Source: Macrostomum lignano (lineage: Eukaryota). From it: DNA of 64,000 bases. How positions within the stretch are numbered: position 1 is the stretch's first letter; each line of letters begins with the position of its first letter. The stretch spans positions 62,001 to 126,000 of the forward strand of contig NIVC01001852.1 in NCBI GenBank assembly GCA_002269645.1, written 5' to 3'. The position numbers were made by a program, and so were the translations under genes. The notes beneath the pieces are model-generated. The model worked only from the letters and a program-made list of their open reading frames with translations. It had not been told where the DNA came from and made no database searches. Of the stretch, positions 1 to 15,731 are shown in pieces.

Positions 1-386
1 GCACTGCCGACAGCCACCGGTGCCCATTGGACGAGTCCACAACCAGCAGCAGGCGGCTCTCGTCTCCGCGACCTTCTTCGTCATCGGAGGCAGACGCGGA
101 ATCTTCCGAAGCCGTGGCCGCTTCTCTCCACAATTGCAGCAGAGCCTCCAGGCCCAGACAGGCGCCGCCAAAGAAGGCCCAGGCGCCGGCCGAGTCAGTC
201 GGTCCGCAATAGTACACAACGTACGTATCGTAGCGCTGCTTGTCTGGCGTGCGTTGACAGAAAAATTGGCGCAATTTTTGTTGAACTAAATCGCGAGATA
301 AACCGGAACTGTTCAAATCGCAGCCGAAGCTGGTTAATAGATGGCTGCTGAAGAAGTACTGGATGCTGTCCAGCTGACGGGTGCAC
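1..386 (-). CDS. TMEM168: TMEM168-like, second coding exon (runs off window start)
   Basis: Acceptor cctactttccAG|G at 388-387. Splicing in phase 2 to the upstream exon gives RCTRQLDSIQYFFSSHLLTSFGCDLNSSGLSRDLVQQKLRQFFCQRTPDKQRYDTYVVYYCGPTDSAGAWAFFGG...ESRLLLVVDSSNGHRWLSAV. This matches vertebrate TMEM168 as recalled (RSTGMLNAIQRFF...YGCDYSTSGLS...RHDTYILYYSGH...SRLIIVLDS). Not in the ORF track because it has no start codon. Confidence 0.9.
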
Positions 387-589
387 CTGGAAAGTAGGCG
401 CGTTTCTTAGAAGTATTTGAAATAGCGATTTCCTGGAAATGCTCAGAAGCCGGTTAAATAAACTGTTCCACGTTTGGGCGATTTTTATCAGAAATGGGTT
501 CGTAGCGATTCTTAAAAGCATTTTAGCTTTATTGAGGAATTTCTATAGTTCAGGGAAATGTTTTATAAACTGGCTAGACTGATTCCTAG

Positions 590-945
590 AAAACATCAAC
601 GGGAGATTCTAGAACGGCTTCTTCAACGCTTAGATCTAAGAAGCCGTTTCTGTCTCATTCTTAAAAACTGCATTTGAGTGTCTTATAAAAATTTCTCTGA
701 TTCTTAGCTGTACTTGTGTGATTCTTAGAAAAAAATGCTTGATTTTTAGAAATCGTAATTGTGTCTTGGAAATTTTTTTCTTAGAAGCTTCATCTGTGAT
801 TCTTGGAAACGTTCTCCGATTCTTAGAAACTTTTCTCTGATTCTTGGAAGCTGTTCAAGTGTGATTCTTGGAAAATGTTGCTGAATGATTCTTAGAAACT
901 GTTCTCCGATTCTTAGAAGCTGTTCTGGTGTGATTCTTGGAAAAA
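590..945. repeat. Degenerate intronic tandem repeat (TGATTCTTAGAAA core)
   Basis: Repeated tgattcttagaa/tgattcttggaa motifs fill TMEM168 intron 387-1009. Confidence 0.8.
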
Positions 946-1009
946 CTTTTACTGTGCAAGTCTTGGTTTAACAATCAAGTACAAAAGCATAAAAATACAT
1001 CCCACAAAC

Positions 1010-2634
1010 CTTGCCAGCTGTTCCCGATGAGCAGTCGGACTCTGCAGCAGCACCACAGTACTGCCGCTGCCGCCACCGCCTCCGACATTGTTGAAAAAGC
1101 CAGTGCTAGCACCAGGGGGCAGTTCGGGACTAACCAAACCGTAGGCTAGACAGGTACCGCCAATGCATTCGGTCAGTCTGGTGCAAGTGGCCAACAGCAC
1201 GGCATCGCAGGAGATTCCAATAGCTAGCAGAGCTAGAGAAGCTGAAGATCGAGTCTCCCAGGTCAGACAGACTAACAGACAGCTGGATGATAAGCTAAGC
1301 CATAGCAGTCTGCAGCCTAACTGTGCCAAGTATCTGAGTCCGCGAGCTGCCAACAGTGCTGGTGCCGACTGAGCAGTGGGCTTCGACTCAAACTGTCTAA
1401 ACAGCCGGCACAATCGCCTAGTGAACTGGTGCAACAGTAACAGTCGGGCTAGGTGGAATGCAAGATAAGGACAAGCCGACACAGCGTAGAATGGCAGCAT
1501 GAGCACGTGCTGAGGATGAGCCACAACAACTGTAGCTCCAATCGCTAGAGCTGATATATCCAAGCACAGCAGCATCGCGTACACAATATGATGCAAAAAC
1601 CAACGCTGCCAAGCCGACCACCACAGTTCTACAACTGAAGCCGATCCGGAATCTAACAGAGCGGCGCCCAGCTGCCTATACAGATACATTAGTAGCGGAG
1701 TTAAACTAGCGTGCAGCTGAATCGAATGCAATAGATAGACGCAGGCCGCAGATAATAGCAGAGCATTAGCCACCGCTAGCCAAGAGCGCAGCCGCAATAA
1801 AACAATAGTTAAGCACAGGCAAGCGTTAAACAGAGCCAATTCCCACCAATGCGATTGTTCAATTAAAGATATTGAGAATCCAATCTGTTCCCACAGTTCC
1901 TGTTTGCTTAGTAGGCTGCCGTATTGCGAGCTGCCGCTGTCCCTACCGGTCCCAATCGCCTCCCCGATGAGTCCTTCGCTGCCATCGGCTGCGGTTAGAT
2001 CGTCTACTGTTTTCGGCAGGGTGGCATCAGCGCCAGCCGCGGCGGACTGTCTGCGCGACACAGTCAACGGATAGACAATGCGAACAATGACAGAGCGAAG
2101 CATTGATGCAAGCACCGATAGCAGCATCAGACAGTTGATTGTCTGCTCAACTGATTCACTGCTAATAGGATGCAGCGGTCCAACGACAATAGGCTTAGCT
2201 CTGATCCCGCCGATTGCAATACGCCTGCCAGCGTCGTCGCCATCAAACGAAGTTTCTAAACTGGCGCTGTGGAAACAGCCCAGACCAAGAAAATAACCAA
2301 TCCACAGGTGATATAGTATAGGCCTGGCCTGTGCCAGGATGGATAACAATCGACTCTTGCCTTGCAGAGCAATTAATAAGCAGAATATGGCCAAACAAGC
2401 ACCCGAGATGCAATACAGTCTAATGGCTTCAGTGCCTCGACTGTACAGTGAGTAGCCAATGCCACACAATAACAGACTGGATGATGCGATGTCCAAGAAG
2501 GCAGCAATGGAGCAGCCACGCATTGCAGCTCTGGCTCCATCAATGTTCACACCATAGCGACGGGCGATGGCATTGAGCTGGCCTGCCCGGAGACACAGCC
2601 GCTCGCGACAACTCAATAAGTATTGACGCAGCAA
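1010..2634 (-). CDS. TMEM168: TMEM168-like, large first coding exon (multi-pass membrane region)
   Basis: Motifs LYHLWIGYFLGLGCF, LLSKQELWEQIGFSI, LAARGLRY and LTECIGGTCLAYGLVSP resemble TMEM168 (LSNLWFGFLLGLLCF, LLTTVEFLELVGFAI, MASKGMRH, LGNCLGGTSVGYAIVIP). Donor GCAAG|GTTTGT at 1010/1009. The codon at 2634 is TTG, not ATG. Confidence 0.88.
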
Positions 2635-3414
2635 TGTTATGATAAAAAATTACTACAATAAATTTATTTGCAAATATAAACAATCATAGTCTATTTCTGA
2701 ATTGAAACACTGTTAAATCAATTTTCTTTTTTGAATGGTAAGAAACTTTCTGGTTAATAATCAGATATCCTATTTTTGGTAAAATTAGATACCTGAGCTA
2801 AAATCAAAGCTTTTATAGTTAAATGTTATAATGTAGATGTTATAAAATAAACGCTTAATTCTTTCAGATGCATCTAAATTTCAAATTTAAAGACAATATA
2901 TAACTAGAATACTTAGCTTAATCTTTGGGGCATAGCATATCAACAATTTATATATATATGAAATAGGTGAAAATATATATATATCATATGATATTCCCCA
3001 AAGACTAGTATATGCCATGATTAAGCTAAGTTGTTATTAAGCTTAGTATGCTAGGGACTCCTTATATGTGCCAGAATTTTCTATGGCAAAGGCCACTTTC
3101 TTGACTAACTAGAGCTATCTATAAGAAAATCTATATAATCTACATTTGACAGAAAAGTTAATGGCCAAAGTTATACTTGTCCAATAATGCATAGCAAAAT
3201 ACTACCAACTTTATATGATACACTCGTACTATTACTACTAGTATATAATATAGTAATATTAGACAAGTAATGCATTAAAAAATAAGTATAGCAAGAACAA
3301 AAGACACTGTTACAGCAAAGAAGAATAGATAGGCTAAACCTGCCACAACTCACAACTTGATGACATTAATAGGATTGTGTTAAAAAAGAGCAAATCCCCT
3401 ACATACATCACACT

Positions 3415-3687
3415 CATACATGCCCAACACCCATCTGACTTGTCTGAACTAGATGGGTGAAATGGCTGCTGGCCAAGGTAAGTTGCAAAATTGAAAATGC
3501 GAAAACAAAAAATTGGGGGAAGAAAGAAAGGAGAAGAAAAGAAAATGAAAAGAAAGGAAAAAAGAGAGAGGGAGAAACTAAGTCGCAATTGGAAGTAACT
3601 AAGTCGCAATCGGGAGGAACTAAGTTGCAAATCTGGACAAAACTAAGTCACACTGGACAGGTGAAATTTTGAGGTTAGGCATATATG
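3415..3687. mobile_element. MITE of the CATACATG-terminus family (hAT/P-type), purine/pyrimidine-tract cargo
   Basis: Termini CATACATGCCCAAC...GTTAGGCATATATG, perfect 8-bp TSD ATCACACT (3407-3414 and 3688-3695), subterminal TAAGTCGCA repeats. Confidence 0.85.
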
Positions 3688-4489
3688 ATCACACTTTGGA
3701 TCATGTAGTATATGCCTGAAAATTTGGGCATGCATTGGCTTTGCATGCCAAAAGTAGGCATGTACAATAGAGTCTAACTGAGATTTAGATTTTTGTTTTA
3801 AGGCAAGATTAATAAGAATTTTATAAAAAAAATCATGATTGAGAATAAGTTGAACAAGAATTGGAGATCCAGCTGCAATTGTAAATTTGTACAGAATGAA
3901 TAGTATCTATAATAAGATATATATACAAATTAGCCTGTATTATAAGTAAGTAGATAATACAAAAGAAATAGCTCAAATGTACCATCACAATAATATATAT
4001 GCAGCAATATACACAAGTAAGCCATTAACTCTGGCTATGCCACTGTATGCCACTGTAAGATACATAAATAGGATGAAGGTTGGTAATGGCCTACCAGGTA
4101 AGCCATAGTCAGGATCATGCCATGCCTGTGCTAGAACAAATCTTATCAAAATAGTTTGATTGTACCATGTGCTAGAACTTTTTTTGCAAAAAACACGAAC
4201 ACAAAAATCTGTATTCTCCTTTTTAAAAAATACTAGTAAATCTTGTATTTGAATCTGTTTTATAGAAAAACAATGTTTATGTATTTTAATTTAAAAGCCA
4301 TCAATATACTAGCAAACAAAAAAGTTCTAATTATGCATTAGACAAAGCATAATTTTTTTCATTTGGCACTTCACAATATTTTTATACTTCATGTACTGAA
4401 TTCAATCTTGTTAGACTATTCTTGAATTCCAAGCCCATTTTTGAAATTTTGAGAATTTCTCAAAATGACCCAAAAAGATCCAAGTCTCA

Positions 4490-5300
4490 AAATTTTGAGA
4501 TTGAGATCAATGTTTTGGTTGAACTCTAGTGCATACTAGCAATCAGCGCCCCCCATTGGGGAGCCAAAAATGCAATACAAGTTTTTTTAATAAACTACAT
4601 ATAGCAATCTCTTTGCAATATCCCTCAGAAGTTCTTTGTAAGACTTGACATGTTAGCAATTCCCCCCACAAGCCTTACCATATCAACTTCCAGCCTTGAC
4701 ATCTCAGCAATGCCCCCCATAAGCCTTGAAATCTTAAAAAATCTGTCAACCTTCTAACCCTAACCATAACCCTAAAGCATTGACAGTTCAGTAATTCTCC
4801 TTAAGAGTTATTATAGCACTACAGCATTATAGTGATTCCCTGCAAGCCTTGACATTGTAGGGATTCCCAAATGAATCTTTTAACTTCGACATGATGCTTC
4901 TTTTATTTTATACATTACGCTTTTTTTATCAGCAACCCCCATAAGGAGCCAACAAATAATGTAATAAAAAGTTTTGAATAAACTACATGTAGCTTCTGAC
5001 TCAACTTAAGCCTTAACATCTTAGTTATTCCCCCATGAGCCTTGACATCTCAGCTATTCCCCTTGCAAGTCTTGATATCTCAGCTATTCCCCTTGCAAGT
5101 CCTGACATTTAAGCTATTCCCCTTTTTTACATGACCCTTATTCTATCAGCGCCCCTCATGGCGAGCCAACAAAGAATGTAATAAAAAATTTGAGTAAACT
5201 ACATGTAGCTTCTGGCTTTTGCCTTGACATCTTAGAAATCTCACCATAATCCTTTACATCTCAGTAATTCTCTGTGAGCCTTGATATCATAGTAATTCTC
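4490..5300. repeat. Degenerate tandem repeats
   Basis: Recurrent cttgacatctcagc...ttcccc units, and three copies of a ccccat..ggagccaa...aataaactacat.tagc block. Confidence 0.65.
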
Positions 5301-5379
5301 CTCAAGAGTCACAGCACAGTTTCATGTAATGCTTTTTTATTTTTGACATGAGGCTTCTTTAAATTTTTATACGACACTT

Positions 5380-5830
5380 TTTCATGTTTGACATGATACT
5401 TTTTTATTATTCCATGATGCTTTTATAATTTTTTCATGACACTTTTATGATTCTTTACATGATGCTTCTAAGATTCTTTACATGACGCTTCTATGATTTT
5501 TTATGATGATTCTATGATTGTTTGCATGACATTTCTATGATTTTTACATGAGGCTTCTACGATTTTTTTTACATGATGCTTCTATGATTGTTTACATGAC
5601 ATTTCTATGATTGTTTTCATGACGCTTTTATGATTTTCTACATGATGCTTCTATGATTGTTTATATGAAGCTTCTATGAGTGTTTATATGATGCTTCTAT
5701 GATTTAACATGACACTTCTATAATTGTTTGCATGACATTTCTATTATTTTTATGACGCTTTTATGATTTTTTACATGACACTTTTATGATTGTTTACATA
5801 ATGCTTCTATGATTGTTTATATGACACTTA
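5380..5830. repeat. About 21-bp minisatellite
   Basis: Unit approximately acatgatgcttctatgattgtt, repeated in tandem. Confidence 0.85.
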
Positions 5831-6059
5831 TAAATGAAATTGTACCACTTATATAATTATAATTCAACATATATAAAGCAGTTATGACATGATTAATTTG
5901 TCAGGCAAGTCAGTATCAGTCTCAATTAAAGTTGACAATATAGTTACACAATCAAAATCAAGTCTAGTGCTATATGCTTCCACACTACATTTTCAATATT
6001 GTGACACAATTAAATTCAGTGTCAAAATTCAGCCAGGATATAGACAATAAATAAAAAGC

Positions 6060-6265
6060 CTATGTGATGTAATCTATTTCAGAATGTGATTTCAACCAGT
6101 CAGTTTTTTTCTAGCATTCTTACAATGCATTTCAATTCAAAAAGTTTGCTTGACCTTTGCAAAAAGCATGTTTTTCAAATATTTAATGCCTTTAGCATCA
6201 AGCAATTTCTTAGCCAAGACATATGTACTATCAAGGGAAAATTTCTAATTGAACAGTGCAAGTCT
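6060..6265. repeat. Dispersed repeat, inverted copy at about 25530-25755
   Basis: ttcagaat...gacctttgcaaaaagcatgtttt...gcaatttcttagcca is present as the reverse complement near 25.6 kb. Confidence 0.75.
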
Positions 6266-6316
6266 CATGAAAATAAGTTAAGCTGTTTTTTCTCTAATCT
6301 ATCACATATATATAGA

Positions 6317-9146
<2,830 letters not shown>

Positions 9147-12123
9147 CAAGCTGTTGAAACCCGCGGATTTTGAACCCGGGGAACTCCATTTCCCGGAATT
9201 ATTTTTGCATGTATTCTAAAATCTGAGGTAAAACTCAAACAAAAACTTGTTCCCTTGTTAATAGTTAGGATAGAGTTAAACATAAAATAGTGTAAATTCA
9301 TTTAAAATTAGGATTTGAGGCAAACATTGATATTGTTGGCTGGGGTGCTGCGCAGAATATCAGGCAAACTCTGGCCTCTACGTACCTCTGCCTCTCCCTA
9401 TGTCCTTTGCATCCTTTGAAACTTCCATCTTCTTTTCTGTTTCCTATCTTCTCTCTCGTCTCTTCTCTCTCTCCCCTCTTATCTCTTCTTTCTTCTCTCC
9501 TCTCTCGTCTCTTCTCTCATCTCTTCCCTCTCCCCTCTATTCTTTTCTCTCTCTTCTCCTCTCTTCGCTCTGGTCTCTGGTCTCTCATATCTCCTTTCTC
9601 CTGTTTTATCTTTTCTCATTCTCTCTACTCTCTACTCTCTCTTCCCTCTGCTCTCTGCTCTCTCTTCCCTCACCTCTCTTCTCACTCCTTACTCTACCCT
9701 CTCTCAACTGCACTTTCCTTATCTCTACTCTCTCCTTTTTCCTCTCTTCTCTCAACTCTTTCCTCTCCTCTGTCCACTCTCTCCTCTCATCTCTCTGCTC
9801 TCTCCTATCCTATCTCTCTTCTCTCTCTTCTCTCCCCTCTTTCCTCTCCTCCCTCGTCCTTTTCACCAATTTCCCCTGTCCTCTCGATTCTCTCCCTTCC
9901 CCTCCTCTCTCCTCACTCACTTCTCATCTCTCCCTTGTCTCCACCTCTCATCCCTTATTTCTTATCTCTCCTCTTTTCCCTCTACTCTCCCATCTCTCGT
10001 CTGTTCACTCTCATATTTCTGCTCTCTCATCTCCCCTCTCTTATCTGTCATCTTTACTCTCATATGTTCTCTCACCTCTCTCCCTTTGTACTCCTCTCTT
10101 TCCCCTTTTTGACTCAGGAGGACTCGATCCTTTCTTCTTTCTTCTCGTCTCTTCTCTTCTCTCTTCTATACTCTCTCTCTCTCTTGTCTTCTCTCTTCTC
10201 TCTCACTCTCCTCTCTCCTCTCTTATATCGTCTGTTCACTCTCATCTTTGCTCTCTCATTCCCCTCTCTCTTCTGTCATCTCTACTCTCCTCTCTACTGT
10301 GTACTATTCTCTTTCCCCTCTTCTGACTCCTCTCTTTCCTTACTCCTCTCTTCTCTTCCCTCTTCTATACTCTCTCCCCTCTATTCTCTTTTCTCGTCTC
10401 TCCGCACTCTGCTCTCTCTTCCTTCATCTCTCATCTCTACTCTACTCTCTCATATTTCCTTTCATCTCACTCATCTCTACAATCTCATCTCTTTCCTCTC
10501 TCCTCCTCTTCCCTTTACTCTATCATCTCTCCTTTGTCCTCTCTTCTTTCTCAACTCTCTCTCTCATCTCTATCTTCTCTCTTCTCACTCGTCTCTCCCC
10601 CTCTTATCTCCTCCCCTCTATCCTTTCTAATCCCCCCTCTCGATACTCTCATTTCCTCTTTGTTCTCTCATCTCACTCTTCTCTACTCTCCTCTCTCATC
10701 GATCCTCTGTCTCATCTCTCCCCTCTTCTCTCTCCATCTTCTCACCTCTACTATTTCCTCTCGCTTCTCTCTCCCCTCCTCTCGCTTCTTCTTCCCATAT
10801 TCTCTGCTCTCTCCTCAACCTCCTCGTACGTCTCTCCTGTTATCTTCTATCTTTTCTTTTATCCCCTCTCGCCCCTCCTCCCTTTCTAATAGTCTATTCC
10901 TTTTCCTTTTCACTCTCATCTGGCCCGTAGCTGCCGATCTGCCGATCCCTGCTTCGAAAGCCAGTTTGTGGGACGTAGTACTATCATGGTTGTTATCATT
11001 TCTCATGCTTTAATCACGTCATCTTTCTGGTCAATTAGCAGCCCTGAGAGAAATTTGTATATCTCCAGCTCCACCACCACAGTCTAGTGCAGCAGTCTAA
11101 CAACCATGGAAATACGCATTTCTTAGGAGGCCATTTAAATTTTAAAGTACCTTATGCGAATCTTAATGTTAAAATTTTCATGGTGTAACTAATTTAGTAG
11201 GATTGCATTGTAATCAGTTATTCATTAATTTTTCGCTATTTTTACAAACCATCCCGCATCGCCTTGATTTGCCTGTTTGCCATCTACTGTTAAACTGCTG
11301 CAGACTTGTGTCTATACAGAGGACAGTGGTTTGAATCTCTCGCTGAAACTGTCTGTCCTCTCCACGCCTCTCCACTCTCGGGGTGCAGAGAAGGCTATTA
11401 AAAAGTTATTCCAAAACACTGTACATTCGCTATTTACATTGAGCCCTATCGCCTGACCCTTCGTCTGGCTCTGGGGCAATGAGTGAGTGAGTGGCACAAA
11501 CAACAGAAAAAGCAGACAAACTTCACATGCTTACAGTTTCTTTTTCGGTTGAGTTACAGAGTTGAAACTTTACATTTAGACAGAGAATGGGTCAATGAAG
11601 AATTGTGTCAAGTTTGAAGTCAATCGCTTTACGTAAAGCAAACTTATGACAGCCCAAAGTTAGTCATTTAAAAACCTATTTGCACCCTTTGCCCAGATCG
11701 GGAAAGAGAGGCAGGCGGGCGGAGGTTGGGGTGGTTGCTACGCTGAAAAAACAGCCTTACTTTAAAAGTGCACAGCACCGCTCAGGATTAACTTTGAGAC
11801 TCGAAATTTTACATGATTGTGCCAAAATAGTTTAAGATTATCTGTGTCAAATTTGAAGAGAATCGGTAGAAGTGGAGCGGCGCTATGGAGGATTAAGTGA
11901 AAAAATCGCGCATTTTGAGCAGTTTTTTGTACTTTTAGGTAGGAAGACTTGAGTCTAGGAGATTAAAAGGTAGCCTAAGACATTCTCCGTAGTAAGTTTA
12001 GGGTGGGTGTAAAGTTTGGTGTAATTTGGTTGAGCGGTTTGGGAGTCCATAGCGATCAAAATTGTCCACACACAGACAGACAGACAGACAGACAGACAGA
12101 GTTTTGATTTTTATAGGTAGAGA
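9147..12123 (-). mobile_element. Non-autonomous Helitron-like element, tandem copy 2
   Basis: Exact head-to-tail junction ...tttttataggtagaga|caagctgttgaaacccgcgg; same modules as copy 1. Confidence 0.7.
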
Positions 12124-12822
12124 CAAGCTGTTGAAACCCGCGGATTTTGAACCCGGGAAACTCCAATCCCCGGAACTATTTTTGCATGTATTGAGATTAA
12201 ACTCAAACAAAAACATTTATTAGTTGGGATAGAGTTAAACATGAAATAGAGTACATTCGTGTAAAATTAGGATTTGAGGCAAACATTGATATTGTTGGCT
12301 GGGGTGCTGCGCAGAATGTCAGGAAAACTCTGGCCTCTACCTCTGCCTCTCCCTATGTCCCTTGCATTCTTTGAAACTTCCATCTTCTCTTCTGTTTCCT
12401 CACTTCTCTCTTGTCTCTTGTCTCTTCTCTCTCCTCTCATCTCTTCTTTCTTCTCTCCTCTGTCCCCTCTTCTTTTGTCTCTTCCCTCTATTCGTTTCTC
12501 TCTCCTTTCCTCTCTTCTCTCTCGTCTCTGCTCTCCCATCTCTCCTTTCTCCTCTTTTATCTCTTCTCATTTCTCTCTGCTCTCTCCTCTCTCTTCTCTC
12601 TCTGCTCTCTACTCTCTCTTCCCTCTCCTCTCCTCTCTTCTCACTCATTACATTACCCTCTCTCAACACTTCCCTCATCTCTCCTCTCTCCTTTCTCTTC
12701 TCTTCTCTCCACTCTCTCCTCTCATCTCTTCTATCGTTTCTTTCCTCACCTCTCTTCTCTCTCATCTTTGCTCTATTATCTTTCCTTTCTCTTCTTTTAT
12801 CTTTTCTCTCTTATCTCTTCTC

Positions 12823-12888
<66 letters not shown>

Positions 12889-13570
12889 TCTCTGCTCTCT
12901 CCTGTCTCATCTCTCTTCTCCTCTCTAATCTCTTCCCTCTTTCCTCTCCTCTCTCGTCCTTCCCCTGTTTCCCCTGTCTTCTCGATTCTCTCCCTCCCCT
13001 CCTCTCTCCTCACTCACTTCTCTCTCCCTTTGTCTCACCTCTCATCTCTCATCTCTTATTTCTTATCTCTCCTCTTTTCTCTGTCATCTGTCATCTTTAC
13101 TCTCTTATACTCGTATGCTCTCTCACCTCTCTCCTTTGTACTATTCTCTTTCCCCTCTTTTGACTCCTCTCTTTCCTTTCTCCTTTCTCCTTTCTTCTCT
13201 TCTCTCCCCTCTTCTATACTCTCTCCCTCTCTTGTCTTCTCTCTTTTCTCTCCACTCTCCTCTCTCCTCTCATATATCGTCTGTTCACTCTCATCTGTCT
13301 CACCCCCTCTCTCTTCTGTCATCTCTACTCTCCTCTCTCCTGTGTACTCTTCTCTTTCCCCTCTTCTGACTCCCCTCTTTCCTTACTCCTCTCTTCTCTT
13401 CCCTCTTCTTTACTCTCTCCACTCTATTCTCTTCTCTCGTCTCTCGTCTCTCTGCACTCAGCTCTCTCCTCCTTCATCTCTCATCTCTCCTTTTCTCTCT
13501 TATCTCTACAATCTAATTTCTTTCCTCTCTCCTCCTCTTCCCTTTACTCTATCTCTCCTTTCTCCTCTTT

Positions 13571-13649
<79 letters not shown>

Positions 13650-15176
13650 TTTATCTCCTCTCTTCTCACTCCTCTCTCCCCCTCTTATCTCCTCTCCTCG
13701 ATCCTTTCTAATCTCTCCTCTCGATCCTCTCCTCTCTACTCTCCTCTCTCATCGATCCTGTCTTATCTCTCCCCTCTTCTCTCTCCCTCTTCTCACCTCT
13801 ACTCTTTCCTCTCTCTTCTCTCTCCCCTCCTCTCGCTTTTTCCTCGCATATTCTCTGCTCTCTCCTCACCCCCTCGTATCTCTTGTTATCTTCTATTATT
13901 TCTCTTATTCCCCTCTCGCCCCTCCTTCTCTTTCTAATAGTCTATTCCTTCTCCTTTCCACTCTCATCTGGCCCGCAGCCATGAGCTTGATTCTTTATCT
14001 GGCCTTTGAGGTAAAAATCTGCCGATCCCTGCTTCGAAAGCCAGTTTTTCGGACGTAGTTGTTATCATTTCTCATGCTTTAATCACGTCATCTTTCTGGC
14101 CAATTAGTAGCCCTGAGAGGAATCTCCAGCTCCACGAACACCACCACAGTCTGCAGCAGTCTAACAACCAAGGACACACGCATTTCTTAGGAGATATTTA
14201 AATTTTAAAGTACCTTATGCGAAACTTAATGTTAAAAGTTTCATGGTGTAACTAATTTAGTAGGATTGCATCGTAATCAGTTATTTATTAATTTTTCGCT
14301 ATTTTTACAAATACGCTCGTACAAACCATCCCGCTGCTCGCATCGCCTTGGTTTGCCGCTGCTGCAGACTGTCCATACAGAGGACAGTGGTTTGAATCTC
14401 TCACTAAACTGTCAAGGCTAAACGTAGCCTCTCCACGCGCGGGGTGCAGAGAAGGCTATTAAAAAGTTATTCCAAAACACTGTACATTTGCTATGTACAT
14501 TCAGCCCTATCGCCTGACCCTTCGTCTGGGCTGGGGGAATGAGTGAGTGAGTGGCACAAACAACAGAAAAAGCAGACAAACTTCACATGCTTACAGTTTC
14601 TTTTTCGGTTGAGTTACAGAGTTGAAACTTTACATTTAGATAGAGAATGAGTCAATGAAGAATTGTGTCAAGTTTGAAGTCAATCGCTTTACGTGGAGCA
14701 AACTTATGGCAGCTGAAAGTTAGTCAATTTTGAAACCCTTTTACACATCTGGGCCCAGATCGGTATCGGGAAAGAGAGGTTGGCGGGCGGAGGTTGGGGT
14801 GGTTGCTACGCTGAAAAAAATAGCCTAACTTTAAAAGTGCACAGCACCGCTCAGGATTAACTTTGAGATTTGAAATTTTACACGATTGTGTCAAAATAGT
14901 TGAAAATTGTCTGTGTCAAATTTGAAGAGAATCGGTAGAAGTGGAGCGGCGCTATGGAGGATTTAGTGAAAAAATCGCGCATTTTAAGCAGTTTTTTGTA
15001 CTTTTAGGTAGGAAGACTTGAGTCTAGGAAATTTAAAGGTAGCCTAAGACATTCTCCGTAGTAAGTTTAGGGTGGGTGTAAAGTTTGGTGTAATTTGGTT
15101 GAGCGGTTTGGGAGTCCATAGCGATCAAAATTGTCCACACACACACACACAGAGTTTTGATTTTTATATGTAGAGA
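12124..15176 (-). mobile_element. Non-autonomous Helitron-like element, tandem copy 3
   Basis: Same junction at 12123/12124; ends ...tttttatatgtagaga|tatc. Confidence 0.7.
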
Positions 15177-15244
15177 TATCACATTTTAGTATATAGGATT
15201 TGGTGTATATCATTCCTAAAAAATAATGTGCGTGTACACCTGGC

Positions 15245-15731
15245 CCACACTCTGGATCATATAATATATGCCTGAAAATTTAGGCATGCATTAGCCTTGC
15301 ATGCGAAAAGTAGACATGCATAGTTGGCATGCATCACTCCTAAGAAAATACACCTGGCATGCACTTTATAGAATCATGTAGAAGAGTTATTGTGAAGTAG
15401 AAAAAAAGGTGAAAAAAGTTTCTTTTTATGCATAAATTTCTGGCTTTCTTGATTTTTAAGATTGTAATAGGGCATTTAAACAAATCTTTACATGTATCAA
15501 TTTTCCACTGTAAATACTATTGCCAAAAAAGCAGAAAAATGAACCAAATTATCTGTCAAAAAGCGTCTATTATGCAAAAAAGGTTATTTATTGTCACAAT
15601 GTAAAAAAAGGTAATTTATTGTTGCAACACTGTCAAAGTTTTAATATTAGGCATGTACTAAATTTTTTTGGCATGCATTTGTAACTATCAATTTTTGCTT
15701 AGGCATGCACCCAGTATGATCTAGACTATGG
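15245..15731. mobile_element. MITE of the CCATAG-terminus family, inserted in an older copy of itself
   Basis: Termini ccacactctggatcat...atgatctagactatgg with 8-bp TSD CACCTGGC/CACCTAGC. 15732-16133 repeats the internal sequence and ends catgatctggactatgg. Confidence 0.6.

Noticed and set aside
20-289. Plus-strand ORFs 20-289 and 27-212, and minus ORF 195-521
   Set aside because: Antisense or off-frame shadows of the real TMEM168 exon at 1-386 (-).
4755-4776. Telomere-like CTAACCCTAACCATAACCCTAA
   Set aside because: Only about three degenerate units; too short to call an interstitial telomere.
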